NCBI RefSeq assembly: GCF_036321535.1
Contig: NC_087437.1
Location: forward strand, 54,376,001 to 54,440,000
DNA: 64,000 nucleotides
Direction: 5' to 3'
Source: Camelus dromedarius
Taxonomy: Eukaryota
The notes under the pieces were generated by a model. It had not been told where the DNA came from and did no database searches. It saw only the letters and a program-made list of their open reading frames with translations. Every line of letters starts with the position of its first letter. Within the stretch, counting starts at the first letter, position 1. This document shows, piece after piece, positions 48,095-61,916 of the stretch. The translations under genes and the position numbers were made by a program.

Positions 48095-48500
48095 ATCAAT
48101 CATCCATTTAGTCAACAGCTATGGCAATGGGACCATAATGGTGAGCAAAACAGTGCCTCCCCTCAAGGAACTTATGGTCTTGTCATCAGCTAATCACATA
48201 AATAAATGTAAAGTCACCATGCAGAAAGTGCTCAGAAGTACACTGTGCTTTCAAAGGCCTGGGCTGGGAGGACCAAGGAAGTGCCACGCGACCTGGCTAA
48301 TGAGGGGAAGAAACAGCATATAAAAAGCCCCCAGGAAAGAAGTGTAGCAAAGACAAGGAGGTGTAAGGCCAGAGTGGCTAAGCAGAGGAGGGAGCATATG
48401 GTTTAAGAGGCTGGTGGAGGTCAGACCATTCCAGGCTTGTAGGAAACAGTAAGAATTTTTGCCTTTATGCCATGAGCATTTTGAGTTTGCTCTGGGAGTG
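48095..48500 (-). mobile_element. L2 LINE 3' fragment
   Basis: 'catccatttagtcaaca..ggtgagcaaaacagtgcctccctcaaggaacttatggtct', 'ccattccaggcttgtaggaaacagtaagaattt'. Confidence 0.7.
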
Positions 48501-48884
48501 GAAAAAAAAAAAAAAAAAAAAAAAGATTAGGAGTTGCCACAGTTCTCCATTCCTCTAACCTGGACCTCCTTCATGGACTGTTTGTTGCCCACTTCTCTTT
48601 ATGGGATCCGTGACAAGGAAGAAGAGTTTTAAACTCTTTTGGATGGAAAAAGTTATTTCATTTTTAGAGTCTGAGCTACAAATGAGATTTCTCCTTCCAG
48701 GGTACCGTGACATTGCCACAGTAACACCATTAGACACCCTCTGGCAGCAGGGGGCTCAGAGCCCTACTGTCAGTTACTTCATGTCCAACATCACATAAGC
48801 CAGCACTTTTTCATCTTGTGGATTATACAGGCCACGTTTTAACCTGAAAAATATCACAGACGCCCAGTTTGATACTAATTATAC

Positions 48885-50826
48885 TTTCAAATTTTAATAA
48901 CACAATACCCTTTACATTAGCACCCCACGAAACTGAAATATTTAGGTATAAATTCAATAAAATATGTAAAAACCCTATATGGGGAAAACCACAGAACTCT
49001 GATGAAAAGAAATCAAAGGAGATCTAAATAAATGAAGAGATATCCCATGTACATGGATTAGAAAGCTCAATATTGTCAAGAAATTTGTTCTTCCCAACTG
49101 GATCTATAAAGGCAAAGCAATATCAGTCAAGGGATTATTGATCCCAGCAAGTTATTTTGTGGATATCAACAGAGTGATTCTAAAGTTTATAGGGAAAGGC
49201 AAAAAAGATCCAGAATAATCAACACAATGTTAAAGAACAAAGTTGAAAGACTGCCACTACCCGACTGCAAGATTTACTATGAAGCCACAGTAATCAAGAC
49301 AGTGTGGCACTGGCAAAAGAATAGACAAACCCATGGGACAGAAGAGAGAGCCCAGAAATAGACTCACACAAATATAGTCAACTGATCTTTGACAAAGAGC
49401 AAAGGCAATTCAGTAGAGAAAAGACAGTCAACAAATGGTGCTGGAATAACTAACCGTCCACATGTGGAAAAAAAAAAATTGACTCTAGGTACAGACTTCG
49501 CATCTTCCTGCATCTTAACTCAAAATGGGTCATAGACATAAATATAACTCAAAACCATTCAACTTCAAGAAGACAAGATAGGAGAAAATCTTGGTGACCT
49601 TGGATTTGGCAATAACTATTTAGAAACAACACCAAAAGCATAACTTGTGAAAGAAAAGATTGATAAGTTGGACTTAATTAAAATTAAAAACTTCTACTCT
49701 ATGAAAGACACTGTTGAGAGAATGAAAAAATAAGCCACAGACTAGGAGAAAATATTTGCAAAAGATGTATCTGAAAAAGGGCTGGTATCCCAGACATACA
49801 AAAAACTCTTAAAACTCAACAATTAGAAAGCAAACAACTTAATTTTAAAATGGGCAAAAGATCTGAACAAACACCTCACTAAAAAAAAATACACATTACA
49901 AATAAGCATGAGAAAAGATGCTCAACAACATACGTCAATAGGGAATTTCAAATTAATACAACAATGAGATACACTATACACCTACCAGAATTGCCTACAT
50001 CCGGAACACTGAGGAGGTCAAATGCTGATGAGCCTGTGGAACAACAGGAACTCTCATTCATTGTGGGAATGCAAAATGTACAGTCATGTTAGAAGATAGT
50101 TTGGCAACTTCTTACAACAATAATCATGCTTTTACCACACAATTCAGCAATCACATCCCTTGGTATTTTCTCAGATGAGTTGAAAACTTAAGTCCACATA
50201 GACGTGGATATTTATAGCAATCTTTTTCAAAATGGCTAAAACTTGGAAGCAACCAAGATGTTTTTCCTTAGGGGAATGGATAAACAAATTATGGCAAGCT
50301 ATACAATGATATATATATTTTTTAGCAATAAAAACAATGAGCCATGAAAAGATACAGAGGAACCTTAAATGCATATTGCTAAATGAGAGAAGCCAATCTG
50401 AAAAGGCTACATACTGCATGATTTCAACTATGTGACACTTTGGAAAAGGAAAAACTGTAGATACAGTCAAATGATCAGTGGTTGAGAGAAAGGAAAGGAG
50501 ACATGAATTGGTGAAACAGGATTTTTAGGGCAGCGAAACTATGCTCTACGACGCTGTAATGGTGGATGTGTGTCGCTGTACGTTGTACCCATGGAATACG
50601 CAACACAAAGGGTAAACCCTAGTGTACACTGTGGACTTCAGTTAATCATAATGTATCAGTATTGGCTCATTAACTATAACAAATATACCACATTAATGCA
50701 AGAATTTAATAATACGGGAAACTTGGGCGGAAGGGCAAAGGGGTAAATGAGAACTCACTGTACTTTCCACTTGACTATTTGGTAAAACTAAAACTACTCA
50801 AAAATTGATGTATATTAATTTTAAAA
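48885..50826 (+). mobile_element. 5'-truncated L1MC (L1MC2-like): ORF2 3' half and 3'UTR, decayed
   Basis: 'aaatcaaaggagatctaaataaatgaagagatatcccatg', 'gagagcccagaaatagactcacacaaatatagtcaactgatctttgacaaag'. 3'UTR 'ggacttcagttaatcataatgtatcagtattggctcat..accacattaatgcaaga'. Confidence 0.9.
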
Positions 50827-51984
50827 TTCTTATGATGAATAAACTATGATGACCAAAACACCCTGGTTTTAGTAGCCTGGTTTTAAAATTTTTATTTGTA
50901 TAATCACAATCGTGCCCACGTACACTTGAGAAATACAAGTACATATGAGTAAAAATATGCCTGTCTTTTGCAGTCTCTAGAAGATCTTGAGCACACACAT
51001 GGGTTCAGAGATTCTCTTGTAATAACTGTATAGGCTTAAAAGAATCCAGAGTTTGGGTACCATTGCTGAGGTCTTCACAAACATTTCTTGATTAATGAAT
51101 GAAACATGCTCCCTTGGAAGATAGGAGAAAGCTAACTGCAGGTCAGCGTTGATGTCAAATCTACCTTGACTCTGGGAGATTGTGACACCTTTCACATTGC
51201 ATAGAAGGGAGGACTAGGTAAGAGATTGTGTGTAAAAGCATCTAGCAGAGTGCTTGGCATATCAGAATTGCCCAGAACTATTAACCAGATAGGATCCGGC
51301 ATTGTGAAGGAGATCAAGCAGCAGGCGCTGGTCTGGACTGGCTGACATCCAATGTCTCTCCCACTTGGACTTGTGGCTCGAGACCACCCCCTTTTCAATG
51401 CCTTGGGACCTCACTTCTGTTCCAGGTCAAAAGTTCTGTCACTATTAAGCTGGGTATGGGAAAGAGCTACAAATAGCAGTAGGAGAGACCTTGGGATGGT
51501 ACCCTGTCTGAACCACTCTCCAGTTTGCCCTCGTACCCCATTTTGTTGTGGGCACCTAAAGTATGAGACCCAAAGACAGAACTCTGGAGGAATTCAATAT
51601 ACCTAAGGGTTGAAGAAGAAACTAAAAGCTGTCTTGTCCCTGCATAGTGATATGACAGCTGAAAATTATTAAAAGACACTTCACTTTCAGAATAGTCTGG
51701 AGGAATGAAAGAATGAATCTATTATGGACAATAAAGCTTTCACTGCATTCATTCATTCACAGTATTTATTCAAACAGTATCAGCTCGGACGGTGTGCAAG
51801 TCACTGACAGTGTTGGGTGCTGAGCTAGCTGGCTCTAGTCAGTGTGATAAAGATGTCCTTTCCATGCTGTGCCTTGAAATCTTGAGTACATGGGGATCCA
51901 ACCATCCCCACCCTGCTCTTCTGCTGGCCCTGGAGTCTCTGCTTCCCCATTACTTGGGTAAGTAACTGATCCTACCTCTTAGAA

Positions 51985-52380
51985 TAGTGAAAAGCCTGGA
52001 AACAGTGCCGTGAGAAAAGTGAAACAGCTAAGGAGTTTTAGTCGGTGATGAAAGAACCCAGGAGAGACATTATCCTTGATTTCTCAAATCTGAAGGACCA
52101 TTACAGGGAAGGAGGGTTTGATTTTCTTGGTGTGGAACAAGTTGGTAAAGCAGTTGGAAGTGACAGTGAGACTTACATCATCTCAGCCAGAGAAAGATCT
52201 TTTCATCAGTGAGAAGCTTCCGAGTATGAAATAGACCGCCTCGCCAGGTCACAAGCTTCCCATTCCTGGAGGTGTTCAGACGTCAGGTGTTCAACAGACA
52301 GGGAGTTTGTAAAGGAGATTCTTTCAGCAAACTCGGAAAGAGTAGGATCTTAATGACTTTATTTTCACTCCAAATCTGTT
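51985..52380 (+). mobile_element. CR1/L3 LINE 3' end
   Basis: 'cctggaaacagtgccgtgag..ggagttttagtc', 'caaatctgaagg', 'gcttcccattcctggaggtgttcag'. Confidence 0.7.
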
Positions 52381-52439
52381 TCCCTAAGTATTGGCTGTAT
52401 CTATCGATTTCCACATTACAGATCAGATAATACCCTACT

Positions 52440-54250
52440 TCTGTGTATCTACACATCCTTTAGATTTTACAAAATGCTTTCAATTACACGATCTCATTAA
52501 CTCCTCAGGACAAATTTTTGAGAAGAGTTATTATACTCATTTTATAGTTGAGGAATCTAAAGACAGGTAAGACCAAGAGAAGAAAATCAATGATAAAATC
52601 AAAAGAAATGATCAGATTTCATTTGGGGCTCATTCTTCCCACTATGGAATCACAGGCCAAGAACATTCATCTCATTTTCAGGATGAAGAGATGAACAGGA
52701 CCAGATTCAAGACAGGAGATGTTTTCCAAGGGTCTAAGAAACTGTCACTGATTCCAAGACTGGGCTTGACATTTTCTCCGTAGCACAAAAAGCAGAAAAT
52801 ATTGAGTCTTTGAAGTTAACAAACTTCTTAATGGTTCAGCTTCTTCTCACCCACAATATGCTCTAGGGTGAGACCAGGCTGACCACTGTCCAGGTGTGAA
52901 GGACCAAGGCCTTTGCCTCAAAAGTGAGAAAAAAGAGAGAAGGTGATAGTCTAGGGATGATGTTGAACTGAAAAAGTCCTAGGGGATGACCAGAAAATCA
53001 AGAACCACTTGTTTTTTCCTGTAAGAATGTTTTGCACCTGGAAATGCAGTCTAGTGACCCCCCAAAGAGGGTACAGACTGAATAAACAGAGAACTCCCAA
53101 AGGCTGATGAAGGGATTAATTCCTGCATAATAATCAGGCTGTGTTCTTCTCCGAGGTCTTTCATCTACAGATCTCAGAAGGTTTTGCAAACATCAATTAA
53201 ATGTTACAACATTGCTTTGAAGTAAGTATTATTATGTCCATTTTCCAGATGAGAAAGCTGAGAGGCTAAGGGGCTTGCCTAGAGGCAACCCAATCCAGAT
53301 TCTAGGAGGCCAAGCATTTCAATCTTCAACTGTGCAGAGCCCTGGGCCTCACAGGGAGAGAGAGAGACTGAGACAGTCAGACAGTGCTATTCCCAGGCTC
53401 TGAGAAAGAAAGATCTCTGAAGAAGCTTCCTCCCTATGGGTCCATGAGCTCTGTAAGAACCTTGGAGGGTTTTTCCATCTCAAAGGGACTGGGTCCAAGA
53501 ACCATAAGATTTGGAGATAGACTCCATGAATCATTCCTCAGACTTCCAGTGGGATGTCATTTCTCCTCTTCAAAGCTGTCAAAGACCATTGTTGTTACCT
53601 CTTTTATGGTCTACCTTGGGTTATAATTATTCTTGTTGGCGTCTGGTTTTTCTCCTAAGACTTCAAACAGGATATCTTACATTATCTCTTAGGCTGGTAC
53701 ATACTACAAGGTCATAAGTAAATATCTTTTGACTTTATTTGAAGTGAGGTTGGTGGTGAGAAGTCAGAGCAGCAGACAACTTCTATGAGGTATAAAGATC
53801 AAAGTTGGTAACATTGGTCCATCCCAGAGACAACCACAAGGTCTGCCTGCCATTTATATTTCACGTGAGTAAAGGCACTTCTGGGTTTTCCTGACTGCCA
53901 CAGATCTCTATTTTTCACCCTGGGAATCAATGTTCAGTTGGGATTGTCAAGACTAGCCAAAATTCAGTGAAGGGGCCTCATGGAAAGTCACATGTGTGAT
54001 AAGTAATTCGGGAATAACAGACATGGTATTACATGAAATAATACGGAGTAACAGCATGATATGAGCAACATGATTACAAATTTTACAAAGCATTTTTATA
54101 AGCACTTTCATTTGAGCCTATTAAGATATCATGAAGCATACAACTGAGATGTCATTATCTTATTTATGGGTGAATTTCATCAAGGTTTAGTGACCTGCTC
54201 TAGGTCACACAATTATTAAATAACAGAATGGTGGCAGAAACCAAGAAACC
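52440..54250 (-). mobile_element. Several dispersed antisense MIR fragments (about 52440-52570, 53170-53330, 54070-54250)
   Basis: Repeated MIR core on the minus strand, e.g. 'cattttatagttgaggaatctaag' and 'ccattttccagatgagaaagctgag'. Confidence 0.65.
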
Positions 54251-54830
54251 TTAGAGCAAGAAGAATGGAAGCTCTCAGTATCCCACAACTTCCTCTCAGC
54301 TTCCCAAACTGGAATTTTCCTTAAGCTTTCTTCTTTGCCCATTTCTGTTGTTTGTAACTATGCCATGCGGGGTCCATGCTAAACCACTCTGGGTCCTTCT
54401 GAGTCTCCACCACCTTGTGGACATGTCTGTGCAGCTGGAAATCCCAAGCTCACCTGAACACAATCTGCCTTTCAAGGAAGAGTTGAGTGGCAGGTGAGAT
54501 TGTGCTGGCTTAGGAATCCATCTGACAAAAGACAAAAAGAGATGAAAGCCTCTGTAATAGCCATCAACTGAAAAGCCATTTGCACATTTGGTGCCACTGT
54601 CCAAGCCCAAGGTGGGGAGATGGGAGACTACGGTTATAGTCCCAGTTCTGCCGACCAACTGTGGACCCTTATTTTCATTCCACAGCTGTTTAATGAGCAC
54701 CTAGTGGATGTTGAATACTGAGGTAGGTGCCAGGGACACAGAAATTATAAAGATGTGTTTCTTGCTTTCCAAGAGCTAATGGTGTATCAGGCAAGACAGA
54801 CACAGAAGCAGATAAAAATATTGCAATGTA

Positions 54831-55073
54831 CATATGATATCACTTATATGTGGAATCTTAAAAAAAATGATACAAATTCTATTTACAAACCAAAAACACA
54901 CTCATGGATGTAGAAAAGGGGAAAGGGCAGGGATGGATAAATTAAGAGTTGGGGATTAACAGATACACATTATTATATACAAAATAGATAAACAACAAGG
55001 ACCTACTGTATAGCACAGGGAACTATATTCAATTTCTTGTAATAACATATAATGGAAAAGAATCTGAATAGAA

Positions 55074-55127
<54 letters not shown>

Positions 55128-55200
55128 ACTGAATCACTTTGCTGTACGCTTGAAGGTAACATTACAAATCAACTACACTTCAATACAAAAAAATTTTTTT
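54831..55200 (+). mobile_element. Cetartiodactyl-type L1 3'UTR, severely truncated, inserted in an antisense L2
   Basis: 'atatgatatcacttatatgtggaatct..aacaacaaggacctactgtatagcacagggaactatattcaa'. TSD aaaaatattgcaatgta (54814-54830) / aaagacattacaatgta (55201-55217). Confidence 0.92.
55077..55123. repeat. (TA)n microsatellite inside the L1 3'UTR
   Basis: Uninterrupted AT run of more than 20 units. Confidence 0.95.
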
Positions 55201-56879
55201 AAAGACATTACAATGTAATGTGTGTCTTCATGGAGGTATCACACTGCTGAGAGTCTTTCCAGAGGAGACAACTAAACGGTTTGCACACTTACACAGCCAG
55301 TCCCACCAACAGAGATCCTCTGGATCCTCTGGGCGGCATAGTTTTCTCTTGAAGGTGCTACCACCACCGGTGGGGACAAGTGGGTGCTGAAATGGAGACT
55401 CTCAGAGACCCAGGAGTGAGCTCAGACAGGAGAAGCCGTGAGATAGGAGAAACTTAGAGCCAAGATGTCAGTAGCCACTGCAGGAAGATGTGCCGGCAGG
55501 GAGGACAAGCCGAGGCACGGGAAGGTCAGAGTGACTGGAGGGGCTGCAAGGGGCCTCCACAGATGAGCAGTGGCCACAATGCATGGCAGCTCTTTACAGA
55601 ATGGCAGCAAACTTCTCCTAAGGGCTTACCTCACAGCCAGAAAGAGGCTTCCCTCTTGATTTCCTCATTACATTCAATATCCATAACTGGAGGTCAACAG
55701 TCTTTTTCTGACTCTTGCAAATTGGACAAAATGAATCCGAATATGTAAAAGTGTTCTATGTGCCTGTGAAACATCATGCTTTATACAAGGGAACTTGCAG
55801 CTGAAAGATGCCACTAATAGCCAAAACAAAGACGAAATTAGTCCTGCAGGTGGGTGAGGATAGAGGCAGAGGCTGCTCTTGACAGTGCTGCCTGCGCCTT
55901 GCAGAGACTACCCCAAAAAGTACAATCCCTGCGCCTGCAAGCCCCTGCCTGCCCCTCAGGCATTATTTCTGCTGACACAGGAAGCACTTACTACTTGATA
56001 ACTGCATGACAATAACCCAAGTGTTGACCAACCCACCTTCTGCTATTCCCCAATGAGCTTTCCATGTTAAGTCTTTGGGCCAATCAGCTTACTTTTTCTC
56101 AACTCATTAACATGTCATCAATAATTACAGATTCAACACCAGCCGTTTCCCCCCCAATCACTCTAATATTCTAGCTATCTATGAAGATAATTGACCTTCT
56201 TAAATAGAAGTGCCCTAGGAAGCTTTCCTCACCATGATAGACAATTACCTTTGTTAATTACCTTTTTCTTCTATTCTAGTATTAGTGCTCAGGCTGGTCC
56301 TCCTGTACTGAACAGGGATGGCTGCTGCTTCTGATGCTCTCCCCATCTTAAATCTCATATGATAGTCATTATCGTCCCCAGCATGCTTCCAGAAAGTAGC
56401 TTTATTCTTGCTACTTGGCAGTCAATTCCCGAGACCTCCCAAGCAGCAAATAGCTCTCAAGCCTGTAAGGCAGATCAGATGTGTCTCTCCAGTGTCCTGA
56501 TGAGAGACGAAGACTTTCATGACCTTGTCAAGGTCTTGAAGCAAGGTGCACTCTCTCCCTTCAGTGTCTGACCCACCCAACTGCATTCCAAAAACGCAGT
56601 ATGGCTTTACTCAGTAATTCCCTCCATGACATTTGCTGAAGGTGCACTATGTCCTGGTCCTCTGCTAAACCCCGGACATTCAGACATGAAGAAGAGGAAA
56701 GAAGACAGAAGCAAGTTTGCCAGCCAGGGAAGGGTTCAACCAGCCTTACTGCTAAAAGTGATTTTTTTTTTTCTCCAGTTGTTTAGAAAGGATTTAGCGT
56801 CTCCAGTGGACCTTTTAGGGTCCTTTTAAGACCCGCTGAAATCGCACCTTTCCTACAACACCCCTCCAACCCACTCCCC

Positions 56880-57060
56880 ATGGGAATTAAACTCTCCTTC
56901 AACAAAGAGCTGATATGGTCACAAGACCCCATTCACATGTCTGCCTTTCATCAGAATCACTTGTGTGTGTAAGAATGGTTCTTGCCCAATTCCACATCCC
57001 CGGCGACAGTGCCTGGTGCATAGTAGGCTCTTCATCAGTGCTTGTTGAATTAAATATACA
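56880..57060 (+). mobile_element. L2 3' end
   Basis: 'acagtgcctggtgcatagtaggctcttc..tgcttgttgaattaaat'. Confidence 0.75.
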
Positions 57061-58856
57061 CAAGATGTATGAGGCACCTAAAAGGAAGAGGTGCAATTAC
57101 CACTACATCTGGTCATGGCTGCTAAATGATGAAAATACCTGAAACAACAACAGCAACAGCAGTTTTTCCTAAGTGTTCTCGGTGTCTGTGCATCTCCCAG
57201 GACACAGGCAGATGTGCCCCTTGTGTTCTAGGGCTCTTCTAGGCAGAGTCATGGTCCTCCTTACCTGCTTGGATAATGTCACCAAGAGCTATCACATCTG
57301 TCTTTTTATCTATGCCGCTGAACAAGCCAGGAAGACAGGCACGGAAAGGATGCTTATCCCGATTTTCCCAAGGACGGACAGAGGAGGCGAGTGCTCCAGA
57401 TCCAAGGGTTAGTAAGGACTCAAACTCTCCATTCTTGGTCTGGAGTTCTTAGCAGTGAACATGCCTACACATTGTTGCAAATCATAGTAACTATAGAAAT
57501 CCCAGAATCAACAGAGCTGTAATTAAAGATAGGCTTGTTTTCACCTTCAAGTATTTTTTTTGGTAGCTCCCCTAATAGTCGATTTGTATAAAGCTAAACT
57601 GAGCTATATATTTGTTAATTGTCTGTAATAAACAGATGGACACAGATGGAGTTGCACCACCATGCAAAGAACCCAGGTGAGGAAGGGTTTACTAAGGCTC
57701 ATTTGCATTCAGATATCAAAATAAGATATGAAAAGTACCTCACGGGAGAAATCAGAACTTTTGAACAAGTCAGTGATTCTTAATAATTCAAGAGACACGG
57801 ATGCCTGTCTGTATCTGCAACTGCTCTTCACATACTTATATTTAGTTGGCGAGGATGCTGATGGATAAATGAGAGCAAATTGCAACCGACACAATACCGG
57901 TTCAGGTTTATGCTCCAATAGCTTGAGGACACACTTTGTGGCCAAGTTTCTTTTATTGATCATGTTAAGGCTCCAACCTGCTTGCGTTTAGAGGAACTTT
58001 GTTGCTCAGTTTTACAATATGCAAAAAAAAAAAAAGAACTGGACATGCAAACAAGATAAGCTACTACATTTTAAGTGAAATTAGTAAATGTGATGTATAT
58101 CTTTTTATAATAATGTGAAACCAGGTATATACTCGAGCAATCTTTTGATGAGCATCTAATTATTTTTTCCCACTAGAATGTATTGAGATGGAGATGCATA
58201 CGTCACTGTATATGTGTTTGGGTCCTATTTTGCTCTCCTTTCTTATCCAGTTTAGAGAACAATTAGCCCAGTGGAAACTGACAAAGCAGTTGTGGGCTAG
58301 AATAAATCTCCCGACCATATGTCTGTTAGGAGGGGAAACCTTTTCCCTACTCTGACTGTTTCCCTATTCTGATGGTTGCTTCTAGATAGGGAGCTACGAA
58401 GGTGGCCTCTCTGCACTGAAGTGGGTGCAAAGAAGCAGAGTGACTTCTCAGATGAGCCTTTTGGAAGCAGGGTCATGGTCTGGCACCTTCCCACTAGCTC
58501 CCCTTTTCGAAGAATTTGTGTTCTGATTGCTCTTGCCCCAGTGTAAACAGAGCAATCGAGGCCCTCCCTGGGCACATGGGAGGCCTCTATTGTCCAGCAC
58601 TGCTGGTGGCAGGATGGAGAAATCAACACAATCCTGGGTTCGGTATCAGGAAGAGCAGTCACCCAGAGACATAACCCACACGCTCCCGGGAGGGTAAGTG
58701 ACATGACCACAGAACACAGCAGGTGGGACAGCTCCTCCTCATCAGCCCTAAGAGCCTCAAGATGGCGACATCACTCTTGACCCTTCAGCACCCATCACTG
58801 GGCTGGGCACCCAGCGGGCACTCATTACACAAGTAGTGAAGTAAAGTAGAAGTCAG

Positions 58857-59508
58857 TACCACATGATCCAGCAGTCCCACTCCTGGGCATGTACCCAGAG
58901 GGAACTGTAATTCGAAAAGATACACGTACCTCAATGTTCATAGCGGCACTATTTACAATAGCCAAGACATAGAAACAACCTAAATGTCCATCAACAGAGG
59001 ACTGGATGAGGAAGTTGTGATATATTTATACAATGCAATACTACTCAACCATAAAAAACAATAAAATAATGTCATTTGCAGCAACATGGGTGGACCTGGG
59101 GATTGTCATTCTAAGTGAAGTAAGCCAGAAAGAGAAAGAAAAATATATGATATCATTCATAGGTGGAATCTAAAAAAGAGAGAGAGAGAGAGAGAAATGT
59201 ACTTATTTACAAAACAGAAACAGACTCACAGATGTAGAAAACATACTTATGTTTACCAGGGTGGGAAGGGATAAACTGGGAGTTTTAGATTTGCAGATAC
59301 TAACTACTATATATAAAATAGATATACAACAAAGTTATACTGTATAGCACAGGGAACTATGTTCAATATCATGTAGTGACCTATAATGAAAAAGAACATG
59401 AAAACAAATATATGGATGTATATGTATGACTGAAACAGTGTGCTGTACAGCAGAAACTGACCCAACATTGTAAACTGACTATACTTCAATTAAAAAAACA
59501 AATAAAGA
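58857..59508 (+). mobile_element. Young, probably camelid-specific L1, 5'-truncated
   Basis: 'tgatccagcagtcccactcctgggcat..aatgttcatagcggcactatttacaatagccaagac'. Perfect 15-bp TSD taaagtagaagtcag (58842-58856 / 59509-59523). CpGs are retained. Confidence 0.95.
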
Positions 59509-61520
59509 TAAAGTAGAAGTCAGAATGAGAACTTAGAGGCCTCTTACACCACACTGCCGCCGTGGTCACCAAGAAACTGGCTCCAGTCTATCCAATCCCC
59601 ACCCACCCACAAACACACACACACACACATACACGTGCCCCTCCGACTGCAGCCCATCCCACACACTAGGCTTCTGTTCCCCACCCTCGGGTAGAAACCA
59701 ATATGGCAGGCAGCGGGCTGGCTTCCCCACAAGGTTTCTTCCCTCTCGGGGAATCTTGCACTAACCACACCTTCCCCTTTGCCCTCATTCACCGCCTACC
59801 CACTGAGGTAACGGCCCTCAAGCCATTTCTCTTTCACTCATGCAAACAGCCTCTCCAGCCCTCTCCTCCCGTCTCCCCTCCAGCTCTCTCCCATTCCCAA
59901 TGGAAAGCCTCCCCTCTTCCCTCCTTCCCCTTCACCAACTCCGCTGTGAGCCTTAAACCACTCTGTCAGACTGACAGCCCTAAGTACAGCGCTGATGGTA
60001 CCCCAAGTGAAAGGCGAAAGAAGACTTGCACTTTGTAGTGAAATTAGCACTAGGAGGACCCGGTTTCATCAGCCCCTTAAAGCCCTTGAAAATGCCCAGA
60101 AATTACCTCAGCAGTTCTGCAAAAGTGCCCGTCGGTACCCTTATCGTCTGCTTTCTTCAAGGACCAATATGCCACCTAAAAACTCAAACAAAAATACTGC
60201 CCTAGATTTGAAATTACTAGAGTGTGTTTTACTATTTTTAACACAAACATACTATGCTTCAATTATATTATGGGGCTCAGACACTTTAGAGAGATGGGCT
60301 GGGGCTCCGCTTACCATTTCGAGCAGTATCCAGGAAGCCTGCCCTGAGCCCCAAGGAACCAACTCACAGGTCAGTTGTCCATGCTTTGTGATCCTTAGAG
60401 AACTCCCCATGGAGCTCTGTGATGGAGGTGAAAAATGGAAATGAGCAGGCTAATCATTTGGAACAATATTGACCCTCTTTTCAAAAAAAAAAAGGTGATT
60501 TACGGAATTCAATCAAATAATTTTTACCAAGGTGGAGGGATGTGCACATCTTGGAGAGCCGTTACACTTTCACATTAAGCTTTGTGTTTTCACTCCCATC
60601 CTGGGTGTTCTCGGTCTTTCTGTTTGAATGACCCCCAGGCCAGCAGGATGCATCTGTCCGGCCCTCTGTATGCCTACTCTCCCATCTCCCTGCCTGGAGC
60701 ATCACAGTAAATCTGCGTTCGTGGTGGTCGTGCAGGCTGAGTCCCTTTGGGCACAGAGCACAACATGGGTTATTAGGGAAACGTACAAAGTTAAGGTCAG
60801 CAGTGGAAGGCATGTGGACCAGTCTCTCATTTCTCCATGGAGAGATATGCTAGGGCCAGGACACCCTGCTAGATTTGCCAGAGCTGCATGTTCCCTTTTA
60901 AAGGTCATGCTTGAGAATACACTTAAGTGAGGTGGGGGTGGAGGGCAACTGTGGACTGCATGGGTGCCAGGCTGTCTGGCTTTTATACGCCAGTGAGTTT
61001 CAGGGTTTACAGGAGCTTCCTAAGAAAACTGCGTAGCACCTGTACACCCTGGGGGTCATTGGAAGTTGGGTTCAGAAGCAGCCCCTCCTACCTGGGAGAG
61101 GAAATCTGCCAGGTCCCATTGGAAGCCAAATTTGGGTGCAGTTCCTCCTTCTGGGAGAAGGGGGAGCGTCTGGTTCCAAAGAATTAATTGTCCAGGCAAA
61201 ACAGAATGAGTTCCCAGGGATACTTTGGGGGAATCCTGTTTGTTGCACCAGAGTGGGACACTGAAAGTAGACAAAAATCTGTCTGCAGATAAATTGTTTG
61301 CCAGGTCCTATGATGGCTCAGTTTTCAGAGTCTCCTTTGAAAGTCATCGCGTCTGTAACTTCCATTTCATCTTGCTGTCCACTGCCCTTCCTCATAGGTT
61401 CATCGTCTCTTTTTTGGTCTCCTGAACTCTCTCCTAACTCTTCTTCCTCCTTCCAGTTTCTCCTAAAGACAACCTTTCTTGCTTCCCACAGCCCTGAAGT
61501 ACAGTCCTGACTTTGTTACT

Positions 61521-61916
61521 TGCATCAGTCAGGTTAAGTTAAGCTATGCTGCAGTAAAAGACAAACCCAATGTTACAGTGACTTGAAACAACAAAGCTTA
61601 TTTCTCACTCTCATTACAAATCCACCTTTGGCAGCTGGGGATTCAGCTGCATGTCATTATTGTCCCTATTCTGAGACCCTGGTTGATGAAGCGGCCACTA
61701 TCTGATACACTGCTGAGGCTGTAGGAGAGAGAGGAGAGAGCTCCAGAGGGTCTCACACGGACAGTTCAGTGTTTGCCTGGAGGTGGCAAAACTACTTCTG
61801 CTCACAGTTCATTGGGCAGAACCGATCCCATAACCCCACCCCCAGCTGGCCACGATCATATGGCCAAAAGGTGTAGACCCAGAAATATCCAGTGAACAGC
61901 ATTAAGGACAATTTCA
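61521..61916 (-). mobile_element. Old MaLR LTR (MLT1I/J-like)
   Basis: 'tcagtcaggtt..gctatgctgcagtaa..gtgacttgaaacaacaaagcttatttctcactc', 'cttctgctcacagttcattgggcagaac'. Confidence 0.75.
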
